Below, in pieces: positions 38,737 to 51,193 of a stretch of 64,000 bases of DNA. The position numbers were made by a program, and so were the translations under genes. The first letter of the stretch is position 1. The number at the start of each line of letters is the position of its first letter. The DNA comes from Octopus sinensis (Eukaryota). The notes beneath the pieces were generated by a model. That model was not told the DNA's origin, searched no databases, and was given only the letters and a program-made list of their open reading frames with translations. The stretch covers positions 45,632,001 through 45,696,000 of the forward strand of contig NC_043005.1 in the NCBI RefSeq assembly GCF_006345805.1, read 5' to 3'.

Positions 38737-39756
38737 ACATGCATGGGTGAGGGTGGGTTGGTGGTTGTGACTCCCATAGCAACAGTAAATCCCAATAAGT
38801 AATGACTTGAACAGACAAACCATCCAACTCATGCCAGCATGGAAAGCAGACATAAAATGATAATGATGATGATGATACGGTAGTGGTAGTGAGGGTGGGT
38901 GACAATGATGATGATGGTCATAGTGGTGGTGGTGGCGGCGGCGGCGGCGGTGATGGTAGTGGGGTGCTGGTGCTGGTGCTACTGTTGTTGTTGTTAAGCA
39001 ACAAGACAGGTGAGGGTGATTAGGTGATGGTCTAGGGCTTAGGGACAGGAGACCTCAGACCTTGGAAAAAAAAAGCTTTGGTCGTCTTGTTGTAGTCGGG
39101 AGCTCTTTGTTGACACCCGACACCACTGGGAGGTGACCCTCGAAGTCGCTGGAAATGGAGATCTCCAGGTCCAAATTCTTGAATGGCTGGTGCTGGAGCT
39201 GGTGATGATGGTGGTAGTAGAGGTGATAATTGTGGTGGTGGTGATGGTGGTGGTGGTGGTGATGGTGGTGGTGGTGGTGGTGGAGGGGCAGAGGCAGTGC
39301 AAACAGTGGCAACAGTGACAGTGGAAACAAGCATGACAATGACAATGATGATGACAACAACAACAACAACAACAAGGACAACAATGATGACAAAGACAAC
39401 GACTTCGATGATGACAACGGCATACATCCATATGCATACACATTTATTGTAGAGCCAAGATATCTCTCTGTTCCACTCAGTGTTTTTGCATTTACCACTG
39501 TCTACATATTCCCATAATGAAATTACAACTGACAGAACAAGTGCATTTATAAATAAAATATAGATAGTTAGTCTGTTGTTAGTGAGCTAAAGAAAAAGGA
39601 CTTCAATTTACATGATATTAAAGAAGTGAAATAGTGAGTGAAAGATTTGAGTATGTGTAGGTGAAGTAATTGTATCTAAATATCAATATGATTAATAAAA
39701 TATGCAAATATATATATATATATATATATATATCATGTACATATGGATGTGTGTGA

Positions 39757-39813
<57 letters not shown>

Positions 39814-40115
39814 TGTATGTATAACATATATATAGGAACAGCTTAAGGTATATAAACCAACCCATGAACTAACAACACATACACACCTTGTGTATGTATG
39901 TTCACTTTTGTTTATATATATATATATGCAGAAAGTTGGAAATGAGGCGATGGGTATATACATGTCTATTTATATCTTTTTATATCTTTGTAAATTTGCA
40001 TGCATGTGGTGTATTAAATATATGCATATATATGTGTGTGTCTGTGTGTGTTCAATATATATGTATGTATTTCTATATATATATATCTATATCTATATAT
40101 ATGTGTGTCTCTCTC

Positions 40116-40210
<95 letters not shown>

Positions 40211-40384
40211 CAATGGAGTCGAACGACGATTTTAACAAAATTCCTTTACTCTCGACACATGTTTCAAAGGTTGCATATTTCTAATTCCGAAGGAATAAAG
40301 AGTGCATTATGCCGCTGACGTGAATTTGCTACCCAGGTATCGGTTAACCGAATTATCCATACTAGGATAATTCATTCACCTTCT

Positions 40385-40433
<49 letters not shown>

Positions 40434-40434
40434 C

Positions 40435-40499
<65 letters not shown>

Positions 40500-40731
40500 T
40501 ACATACATACATACATACATACATACATGCATACATATAGGTACAGATGTGACTGTGTGGCTAAGAAGTTCACCTTGCATCTATATGATTTCAGGTTCTG
40601 TCCCACGATGTGGCACCTTCAGCAAGTGTCTTCTACTGAAAGCCCCAAACCAGCCAAATCTTTGTGAGCAAATTTGGTTCATTGGTTGCTTGGCTGGTTG
40701 GTAGACAGACAGACAGATAGATGGATGGGTA

Positions 40732-42205
40732 TGAGTAAGTCATAAATTATATGCACTCTTCTTTCTGCAATTTCTTAAAATAAAATTATGAGTTGAACAC
40801 TTACACCATTTTTCAACATAGTTTCCTTGTTTGTCAGTGCATTTCTTCCAACGATCCACAAGTTTGCTTACTCCATCAGAGAAGAAGGTTTCCAGCTCAT
40901 TGTACAGTTACTTACACTCTACTTCCTGCACTTCTTGACCCATGGCAATTTGACAACCTCGTAAAGGATATTTGTGCAGTTTAAAGAGATGATAGTTTTG
41001 AGGGGCAAGATCTGGATTGTATGCAGGGTGTTCCAACAACTCAAATCCCAACTTTTCAATGGTTTCAGTGTATGTGGGTATATATTGTTGTGCAACAGTA
41101 ACTCTTGATTTGATAACAGACTTTAGCATTTAGTGTGAATTGCTAGTTTCAGTTTATTGGTCAGCATTTTATTGTAGCCTACAATGGTGACCATAGACCC
41201 TTTTTCAGATAATGTTCCAGTATGGGCCCTATTGCATTTCAAAAAAACATTTAACATCTCTTTTTCTGTGGAAAGTTGAGTCATGAATTTCTTTTTGTTG
41301 GGTGTTTTGGATGTTTCTACTTCATACCCTACCTATTGGGTTCTGGGCTCAAAGTGATGGACCCAGGTCTCATCTCTTGTGACTATTCTCTCCAAAAAAA
41401 AGTCTTTTCCTTCATTGTTGAAGTTGTTGACAGATCTTGACACAATTGTGCTCATGCACTTAGCACCCATCTCATACAGACTTTAAAGCAAGTGAAGCTT
41501 GTCATGGATGATTTCTCATGCAGAACCATGATTAATTTGCAGATAACATACCACCTCATTGATAGTCATTGGTTGGTTTGCTAGTACCATCTCTTGAACT
41601 TTCTGTCAGTGATGGGGGTTGATGGACATCCTGCTCCTTCCATCCATTTTAAAACTTTACAATTCACTTATACACACTTCTGTGCAGTAGGGTTCTGTCC
41701 CCAATATTATACTGAAATCCTGTGATGAATTTCAGCCTCTGATATGCCTTAACGCTTTAGCATTTAAACTGGCCATATCTGGCCAAAAGTATTCTGCCCT
41801 TTTTATGTTCAAACTGGCCAGATCTGGTCTCTCACACCAACCCTACAATATCATTTTAAAAATTAACAGCTACCTCATAAGAATCTCATAGCTACAAGAT
41901 AATACATGATTAGTTCAAAACAATGTGGATGAAGAAGCATTAATTTTGGCAGAATAATGTGAACACTAAAGGGTTAAGACAAGAGAAATTGGATCTCTGA
42001 TCTCTGTTCATCCTTGATACACACTGTCAACAGAACAGCTATGTTTACTCTGTAATACAAGAAAGAAAGAAAACTGGAATGATCAAGTTCAAATCTCGAG
42101 TATGTAACCACAAGAGTACTACCTTTCAGTACATGAGCACTGAAGGCAGTGTGGCCAACCTAAAGAAAGTTTTGGTGAAAGTGTAGATAATTCTTTACTT
42201 TCTTT

Positions 42206-42206
<1 letters not shown>
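40732..42206 (-). mobile_element. Near full-length decayed mariner transposon
   Basis: RIVTRDETWVHHFEP, HPAYNPDLAPQNYHLF, RWKKCTDKQGNYVEK; degenerate TIRs at 40732-40756 and 42181-42206; about 1250 bp once the MITE is removed. Confidence 0.85.
41753..41973. mobile_element. 221-bp piggyBac-type MITE inserted in the mariner
   Basis: TTAA-cgctttag ... ctaaaggg-TTAA (41749-41752 and 41974-41977). Confidence 0.88.
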
Positions 42207-42239
<33 letters not shown>

Positions 42240-42243
<4 letters not shown>

Positions 42244-42512
42244 GTAGACCTTGGAAGACATGGGACGAGGTGGTGAAGCATGATTTTTTTATGTTGGGCC
42301 TAACAGAGGTGATGACAAGTGACTGAGACCTTTGGTGATATGCTGTGCTTGAGAAGACTTTGTCAAGCTAAGTGAAATCATAGTTCTGGCCATTGGCATG
42401 TAAAAAGCACCCATTACACTCTTTGAGTGGTTGGCATTAAGAAGGGCATCCAACTGTAAAAACCATGCCAAGTCAGTCTGTAACCTATCACAGCATGGAA
42501 AACGGCTGTTAA

Positions 42513-42580
<68 letters not shown>
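42240..42580 (+). mobile_element. Short RTE 3' end with (GAT)n tail
   Basis: RGRPWKTWDEVVKHD, then the family C tail. Confidence 0.8.
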
Positions 42581-42581
<1 letters not shown>

Positions 42582-42879
42582 ATATGTATATATAGTCATC
42601 TAAGAAAGAGTCCATAAATCAGAAAAACTGGCACTCATATATTTGTCAATAGAATAAATATATTATGTTATTATGTCAATAATAAAAACACACCACTTGT
42701 TTTATGTCACTTCTTTTATTATTAGTCAGTTAGTTAACTGTTTAACCAATTAACAAATCAATTGTTTTATTAATTGCTCAGTCAGTAAATCAATCAATCA
42801 GTTTTCATCTAAGTGCTTTTATTGCCTTCCATGATCTGATGAATGACATGCCCTCTCAACTCCATGCCTGGTTTATTCA

Positions 42880-43100
42880 GATTTGTGTTCTCATTTTGGT
42901 TGTTGTTTATGGTCACAACATTTCAACCATTTGTACCCTCTGGCCTTCTTCAATAATGTTTTTAGAATTGTAAATCAAACTCCTTCTTCAAAGCACAGGA
43001 GTAGATTGTTCCCCCATTTGTGGTTCATATCTAAAATGTTCTATGATTAGTTATCCTCATAATTATGACGACACTTGCTCATTTTGGAGTTTGTTTCTGT
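42880..43100 (-). mobile_element. Possible old Penelope-like 3' remnant
   Basis: Minus strand reads NSKMSKCRHNYEDN*, followed by a degenerate hammerhead-like UUGAAGA-AGGCC..GGUU-GAAA. Confidence 0.35.
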
Positions 43101-43699
43101 TTTTTGTTTGACTGACCTAGAGATTGATCTTGCATGCACCAGTTAAGCTGCAGCACTGAGCATTTGTTTTATCCCCATTTATATACACTGGGGCACAGGT
43201 GCGGCTGCATGGTTGAGAAGTTTGCTTCCCAGTCATGTAGCTTCAGGTTCAGTCCCACTGCCTGACGCCTTGTGCAAGTGCCTTCTACTTTAGCCTCAGA
43301 CTGACCAGAACCTTGTGAATGGATATGGTACAAGGAAACTGATATATACATGTATGTATGTATGTATGTATGTATGTATGTATGTCATTCAGTTTTATTT
43401 CATGATTTTTTGCCAATAGAGAAAGAGCTGGTTTCTTACCTAGATCCAAGGTTCCTTCATTGGAATTTTAACAACATCAACAGGGTATTTTTGTATGTAT
43501 GTATATGTGTTGATTTGTATGTTTTATTTTATGTATATATTCTCATTCAAATAGTTTCATGTCTAGACATGTTCATATATACTTAAATGATAAACTTCTG
43601 AAAAGTTTTACAGATTTTTACAGTTCCAGAATGAATTGGATCTGTAGGCTCCATAGCTTGTATGTACGTATATATGGATGGATTGGTGTGTGTGTGTGT

Positions 43700-43918
43700 G
43701 TTTCTTATTTCTTTATTGCCCACAAGGGGCTAAACATAGAGGAGACAAACAAGGACAGACAAAGGGATGAAGTCAATTACATCAACCCCAGTGCATAACT
43801 GGTACTTAATTTATCAACCCCGAAAGGATGAAAGGCAAAGTTGACCTCAGCAGAATTTGAACTCAGACGAAATACTGCTTAGCATTTCGCCCGGTGTTCT
43901 AAAGTTTCTGCCAGTTTG
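43700..43918 (-). mobile_element. SINE family B
   Basis: Family B body, as at 54025-54250. Confidence 0.85.
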
Positions 43919-45791
43919 CTGTTGTGTGTGTATTTCTTTGGATTCATGTCTAGACATCACATGATGGCTGTAAATGAACCTCATCATCACACAAACAAGG
44001 TTGTTTATTTCCTGTCTCCTGTGAAAAACATCTCTAGCAATGAGAAAATATTACTTTGCTTGGAAACAGGTGAGCATTGGTGTCAGTAAAAGCATCTGGT
44101 AGTTGAAAGTCTGCCTCAACAAATTCCATCTGACACATGCAAGCATAGAAAGGTGGACATTAAATGATGATGATGATGATGAATAGGATCATAATGATGT
44201 GAAGCATGGACCCTAAGAGTGGTGGTCACTAAATAATTGAGGGAATTCAAGATGACATGCCAAAGGGGAGAGCTGACCAGCTGGGTGATCTTTTGAACAG
44301 ACAATTCAGTCTTGGAGAATAGAAATGGAATGAAATTTCATAATGATGGTCAAACAGCAAAGACTGCAATATTGTAACTACATTACAAGGACTCAGAACT
44401 GTTGTGCTCACAACCTGAGGAACCCCTGGCATGATGATATGAAGGACTGAACATGGAGGACCTTGGCAGAGTTTACAGCTACTCTATGAAGCCACATTGT
44501 GTATTGTAAGGCATGCTGGTATCTGAGGCTACTGAACCTCTGCATACTGAACCTCCACATCATAATCTATACTCACTACATGTAGCTGGTCAAATGCTCA
44601 TGAGCATTTGACTTGTTAGAAATCACATGAGCATCCTGATATCTTGCTAAAGGAAATAAGACATTGGGCAACGAGACATTAAGCAAGAATGGGTGGCCAT
44701 GCTTGGATTATCTTTGATCATAGGTTGCTTTTTTTTTTTGTTCTGGGCGGATTTAGATGGAGGTAAAGGTAAAGGTAAGGTAAAGTTACCTTCTCGAGTC
44801 ATACCAGTTTCCCGGTTTCATGATGTATATATTCCCCACATGGATGAGACACTGGTCTATCGCAGGATTACTCATTTGTGCCAGTTGAGTGGACTGAAGC
44901 TATGTGAAATGAAGTGTTTCACTCAAGAACACAATGCAAACCCCCAGACCAGGAATCAAAACCACAATCTTACAGTCATGTGTCCAACACACTAACCACT
45001 AAGCCACTTGCCTCCATCTAGATGGAGGGGATACACAACAACAACACTTGTTGCTGTTTCTAAATTCAATATGAATGCCTAAATTTAGTGAAATTCCCTA
45101 ACTGGAATGTCTAAATTGTATATGTGTGTCGTATGTGTGTGTGTGTATGCACTTGCATGTATGAATGTGCTTGTTTGCTCATATTAATCATAATAATTTC
45201 AATAATAAAAATGATTTCACACTTTGGAAGCAGGCCATAAATTTAATTGACCTGGAAGAATAAAAAGCAAAATTGAACACCCAAGAGAGACAAATGATGA
45301 ATGCAATTTGTTGTAGTTCATGACTGAAATAATTATAATTCTTTCAAATTTTGGTACAAGGCCAGCAGATTTTGCAGGAGGGGATAGTCAGTTTCATTGA
45401 CCCCTGTACCTGACAGGTAATTTATTTTATTGATTACAAGAGGATGAAAGACAAAGCTGACCTTGATGGGATTTGAAATCAGAATGTAAAGAACTGGAAA
45501 AAATGCTGCTAAGTATTTTCTCTGATGTGCTAACAATTCTGCCAGCTTGCCATCTAATAATCCTATCTACTACAGGGACTAGGCCTGAAATTTTGGTGGA
45601 GGGGGTTAGTCAATCGCATTGACTCCAGTATTCAACTGGTACTTAATTTATTGACCCTGAAAGGATGAAAGGCAATATTGACCTCAGCGGAATTTAAACA
45701 TAAAGAGAACATAAAGATGGATGAAATGCCACTAAGCATTTTACCCAGCATGCTATCAATTCTGCCAGCTCACCACCTTATCTTGCTATCC

Positions 45792-45829
<38 letters not shown>

Positions 45830-45863
45830 CAACAACAATAACAATAACAACAACAACAATAAC

Positions 45864-46441
45864 GGTTCTATACACACTGGAGGCTATGCCAACGCTATGG
45901 AATGATAAGAGAAAAAGATGGTATTGGCACACCCCAGAAAAGGTTTCAGAAAATGACAAAGCAACCATACTCTGAGATATACCAACACATACAAACAAAG
46001 GAATCAAGGCTAACAGACCAGATATAGTTGTCAGAAATCACCAAGAGAAAGAATACTGAATCAATGTATCATTACCAAGAGATGACAATATATCTTTAAA
46101 AGAAACAGGGAAACTCTCAAAATACAAAGATCAGAAAATAGAGGTAACCCAAATGCGGAGTCTAAAAACAGAAACAATCCTTATAATAATAGCTGCACTA
46201 GGCATGATTAAAAGACATTCAGATAAATGCATAACCAAATAACCAGGGCTTATGAATGTATATAACATACAGAAAATAGCACTACTAGGCACTGCGTACA
46301 TCCTATGTAAAGATCTTTCAATACAGTGAAAATAAAAGCACCACAACAAACCACAGCACATACCCAATGTACACAGAACTGTGTTCAGTAGTGCAGTGAA
46401 AGCACATGATGAAAATAAGACTACTGTATGATAATGATAAT
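45864..46441 (+). mobile_element. R4/Dong-like RLE LINE 3' fragment 1
   Basis: HTPEKVSENDKATIL*DIPTH...ANRPDIVV...LLGTAYIL; preceded by (AAT/AAC)n at 45792-45863. Confidence 0.8.
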
Positions 46442-47040
46442 ATGACAGTGTTGTGAGAATGATCCATTGGGAGCTCTGCGGAAATTATAACCAAGAAAGA
46501 TCAAAGATGTGGCATGACTAAATCCTAGAAGGAGTTACCGAGAATGAGGATTGCAAAATTCTGTGGGATGAAATGATTCAGTCAGATTAGACATCAGAAA
46601 CCTAACATTATTGTGGTGAACAGAAAAGTGAAAAAAACATGCCTGATAATTGACATAACATGTTCTGATGACAACAGGATCAAAGAGAAAGAAGAAAAAC
46701 TTAACAACTACAATGATTTGAAGTGAGAAATATGCAGGTTGTAGGCAATAAAGTGAGTTGAGATGATAGCAATAGTAATTAGAGTATTTAGAAGTATCAG
46801 CATTCAGCTACCAATATTTCTCAAAAAGATTGGTACGAATATAAAGATGGAACACCTACAAAAATTCTCATTGTTTGGAACTGCAAGAGTTCTCTGCAGG
46901 GTTCTTGAAGTATGATCAGTAAACAAGTGTCACTGTAGTCTGCTGGCTGTTGACAGCTAACACATTCCATTATACCCAGCAAAATAAGCTGAGGGTTTTC
47001 ATCAAACAATAATAACAAAAACACCAACAGCAATGATGAT
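46442..47040 (+). mobile_element. R4/Dong-like RLE LINE 3' fragment 2
   Basis: DSVVRMIHWELC...ENEDCKILWD...KPNIIVVN...LFGTARVL; 3' UTR shared with fragment 4. Confidence 0.8.
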
Positions 47041-47059
47041 AAGAGGACAAAAATAAACA

Positions 47060-47430
47060 ATGTAACATCATAGATTTTGCAACTCCCTATGATAGCGGAG
47101 TCTATATAAAAGAAATTGAAAGAAAATGAGAAATATCAGGATCCAGCCAGAGAGCTGAGGAGGCTGTGGAAGACCAGGACAACAATTATTCCTGTAGTAA
47201 TTGGTGCATTTGGCACAACACTCAAAATACTGCCTAAAAGACTGAAAAAGTTTGGAATTGAAATTCATGTTGTTGTCCCACAGAAAAGTACTATCCTGAA
47301 ATTCAACAAGAATCCTAAGGAAGATTCTTGAGCTTTGAGGATACTTGTTGCCTAAAATAGCATGCACTGGCACAATAATAATAATAATACTTATAATAAC
47401 AATAACAATAACAATAATAATAATAATAGA
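47060..47430 (+). mobile_element. R4/Dong-like RLE LINE 3' fragment 3
   Basis: IIDFATP...KYQDPARELRRLW...IIPVVIGAFGT; (AAT)n tail at about 47374-47429. Confidence 0.8.
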
Positions 47431-49237
47431 TCTGTTTGGAATTGCGAGTGATGTAATGTGTTTCCAGAACAGAAGTATGGTTGGATGGAAAACTGACTGA
47501 CATCTTATTGAAAGAGCTTGGGCACTCTGGGTATCAGAAGAGAGATTTTCCTGGGTGACAGCCTTTCTCCATTCTTTTTCTTTCTCTGCATGATAGCCCT
47601 GACCTTGGTACTCAGGAAAAGGAACCTGGAGGTACCAACTAAAGGGAAAATGCCAAACAGTCAACCACCTCCTCTTCATAGATGATTTGAAACTGTATGG
47701 CAAAGATGAGACACAAGTGAGTTCCTTGGTGAACACAGTCCACTGTTTTAGTACTGATATTAGAATAGAATTTGGACTCAAGAAGTGCAATGTAATCTAC
47801 CTATAAAGAGGCAAGGTACAGTCCCTAGCCGGGATAGAATTACCAAATAGAGACTTGATTAAGCAAATTGAAACAGAAGGATACAAATACCTTGGTGCAA
47901 TGAGATAATGGAAAAGGAAATGAAAGAGCAACTGAGAATGGAGTATTTCTGAAGACTGAGGTTGGTGCTGCACTCAAAATTGAATGGATGAAATAAAATC
48001 CAAGCAGTTAATACATGAGCAATAGCATCACTTCAGTATGGAGTGGGAATTATAAAATGGTAAAAGAGAGAAATGAAGAAAATGGATAACAAGACCAGAA
48101 AAATGTTGACAGTACATGGAGACTTCCACCCTATGAGTGACACTGATAGGCTGTACTTGTCCAGAAGAAAGGGTGGGAGAGGTTTGATCAGTTGCCAGGA
48201 CTCTCTCGAAGCAGAGGAAAACAGCCTAGGGTGGTATATAAAAAATGCCCTGCAGCGCCACTGTTGAAACACACAAAAAAAGGCTGACATCATCAAAACT
48301 GGAAATTGTGTAACTAAAGAAAAATTTAAACAAGAAATGAACAAAAAAAAAAAGAAGAAAAAGCATGGAAGGAAAAATATGTACGGTCAGTTTACAAGAG
48401 ATGTGAACGTCAAGACAGATACAGAGGACCAGTGGCTATAGATGAGGAAGAGTGACCTGAAGATAGAGACAGAAGCACTCATATGTGCAGCTCAAGAACA
48501 AGCATTAAGGACCAATTATATGAAGTGCAGAATTGACAACCCTACCGATAGCAACAAATGCAGAATGTATGGTGAAAGGAGTGAAACAGTATAGCACATC
48601 ATTAGTGAATGCCCGAAATTGGCACAACACAAATACAAATGATGCCATGACAATGTGGCAAGAATCATCCATTGGAAGCTCTGTAGAAATCATGACCTAC
48701 AAAGAGCAAAGACGCAGTATGAACAAACCCCAGAAAAAGTCACTGAAAATGAGAACTGCAAAATCCTGTGGTATGTAATGATCTAGTGTGATCACCTGAC
48801 CAGACATAGGAAACCAGACATTGTTGTGGTGAATAAAAAAAAAGAACATATTTGATTATCAACATAGCATGCTCTGATAACAAGAAGATCAATGTGAAAG
48901 AAAAAGAAAAGATATAAACAACTATGACAATTTAAAGTAGGAAATATGAAGGTTGTGGTCAATGAAGAGAGTAGACATGATACCAATAGTTATTGGTGCA
49001 CTTGGAAGTATCACCACTCAACTACCAGCATGGCTGAAAAAGATCGATGCAAGTGTGAAAGTAGAACACCTACGAAAAGCAGCATTGCTTGGAACTGTAA
49101 GAATTCTTCGCAGGGTTCTTGAAGCCTGACCAGTAAACAACTTAGTCTGCTGGCTGTCTGGACAGTCTGCTGAACAGACTGCTGGACAGCTGACACTTTC
49201 CATCATATCCAGCAAAATAAGTAGTGAGTTTTCAAAA

Positions 49238-49287
<50 letters not shown>

Positions 49288-49291
49288 TAAC

Positions 49292-49341
<50 letters not shown>

Positions 49342-49355
49342 TGATGATGATGATG
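47431..49355 (+). mobile_element. R4/Dong-like LINE fragment 4 (RT, zinc knuckle and RLE endonuclease), decayed
   Basis: IFLGDSLSP, NHLLFIDDLKLYG, RRKGGRGL, CRMYGERSETV.HIISECP, KPDIVVVN, ALLGTVRILRRVLEA*; (AAT)n tail at about 49237-49340. Confidence 0.9.
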
Positions 49356-49719
49356 ATTTCAAATTTTGGCACAAGGCCTGCAATTTCAGGAGAGGGGTAA
49401 GTCAATTACATCAACCGCAGTACTCAACTTATATTTATTTTAGCGACCGTGAGGGGATGACCTCAGCAGAATTTAAACTCAGTACATGAGGTCAGACAAA
49501 ATGCTGCTAAGCATTTTTCCTAGAACACTAGTGATTCTGCCAGCTCATTGCCTTCATAATATAATAATGGTTTCAAGTTTTGGCACAAGACCAGCAATTT
49601 TGGAGAAGGAGGTAATTCAATTAGCTCACCCCTAGGATTCAGTTGGTACTTAGTTTATCAACCCCGAAAGGATAAATAATAATAATAATAAAATACATAA
49701 ATAAGATGTTATCCTCCAA

Positions 49720-49766
49720 TCAGTCCTGAAGAGCAGCAACTCTGAATAAGAAATAGCTCAGACTGA
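49720..49766 (+). other. Decayed type I hammerhead-like motif
   Basis: UCAGUC-CUGAAGA...GAAA..GACUGA: 6-bp stem I is intact; stem II and the UH site are damaged. Confidence 0.35.
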
Positions 49767-50902
49767 GACAACCTGCAACCTATGCCAACATGGACAGTGG
49801 ACATAAAAGATGATGATGATGATATTTCTATGATGATGAAATTTCTATCTATACAGTCTCTCCTGAAGTCACACTATACAGTCACACTAAAGTCCAGCAA
49901 GATTCTTGTTAGTTAAGACAATATTCCTTTCAAAATCAGTCCAGTAATTATTTCAGGAACATTATTATAGAAAAATTTTTTATTCCTTGTTCACAATGTG
50001 ATATTCCAATGTGTGGTATCCTGTTTTGAACTCCACCACACTAAAGTCAATTTTTGAATTCAGATGGTTGTAAATACATGAAGTTGAACTGACCTGTACT
50101 TATAAGTGATCTTATTCAGAAATGATACTGCATGAGTGTCCTTCACAGGGATATAGTTAAGGCAAATAAACAGTACTTGCACAAAAGCAGTTGATATAAA
50201 GATATGCCAAACGTTATCTTGCACTGAGTGCTGACTTCAATTGGCACAATTACCGTTGCCATACTGGCAACTAAATGGATCACTGCCATAAACTGGCTTA
50301 TCCAGTTGATGTAAATGTATGCCCAACTATTGTCATGCACTAATTGCTGATCTCAGCCAAGATGATTACCGTCAATGCAACCTAGTTGCTTGATTTTTAA
50401 AAAAAACCCATTATCATGGGGTTAAAGACAGCAAGATATGATTTCAGGGAAATTTAGCTACTATTTCTGACAAGGTGGTTCAGTAACTAAATCCACACAA
50501 AAGCTTCCACATTGACTCAGTGAGTTGTAACAGAAATAGTAATCTCTCTGCTGCAAATATGTTAAGTTCCTGATGGATGTCAAAAATTGCCTGTAAATGT
50601 TGCCATAAACCGGTGATTAGTTCAATTACCTCCATAAAAAGTGGGATATAAAGTTGTGGTGTTCACACTGTTTTATTCTTTTATTCTCTTTTCCTTTTCT
50701 TGTTTCAATTATTAGAGTGAGGCCATGCTGGGGTACCATCTCAAAGAATTTCAGCTAAATGAATCAACCTTAGTACTTATTATTTATCTATTTTTTTAAG
50801 CTTGGTACTTATTCAATCGGTTTCTTTTGCAGGACTGCAAAGTTATGTTGATGTAAACACAACACCAGTTGTCAAGCAGTGATGGGATATTAACACAGGC
50901 AT

Positions 50903-50955
<53 letters not shown>

Positions 50956-51022
50956 TATAATGTATAAGTGAGAAGACAAACGAAAGAAAGGGGTACTCAA
51001 CACATTTTGTAGGAATTACATG

Positions 51023-51193
51023 TATTATTTAAAACAGTTTGATTTAGTTCCATGTTACTTCAAGTTTCACAGGCCCTAACAGGGTTCTGACTCTCTTAGG
51101 CTACTGGCCAAAAGCCTGAAGGACACAGGTCCCTATTAGGAGCCTGTGAAACTTGAAGTAGCATGGAACTGAATCAAACTGTTTTGAATAATA
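51023..51193. repeat. 171-bp fold-back element, apparently two inverted hammerhead-like units, inside the microsatellite of a family A SINE
   Basis: Arms 51023-51074 / 51142-51193 match at 49 of 52 nt; the inner region is also partly complementary. Confidence 0.9.

Noticed and set aside
40250-40310. Hammerhead at minus-strand GAAACAUGUGUC
   Set aside because: The stem III/GUC half is present, but no CUGANGA core or matching stem I was found
47068-47790. 240-aa minus ORF
   Set aside because: Antisense shadow of the R4/Dong fragments and (AAT)n tail
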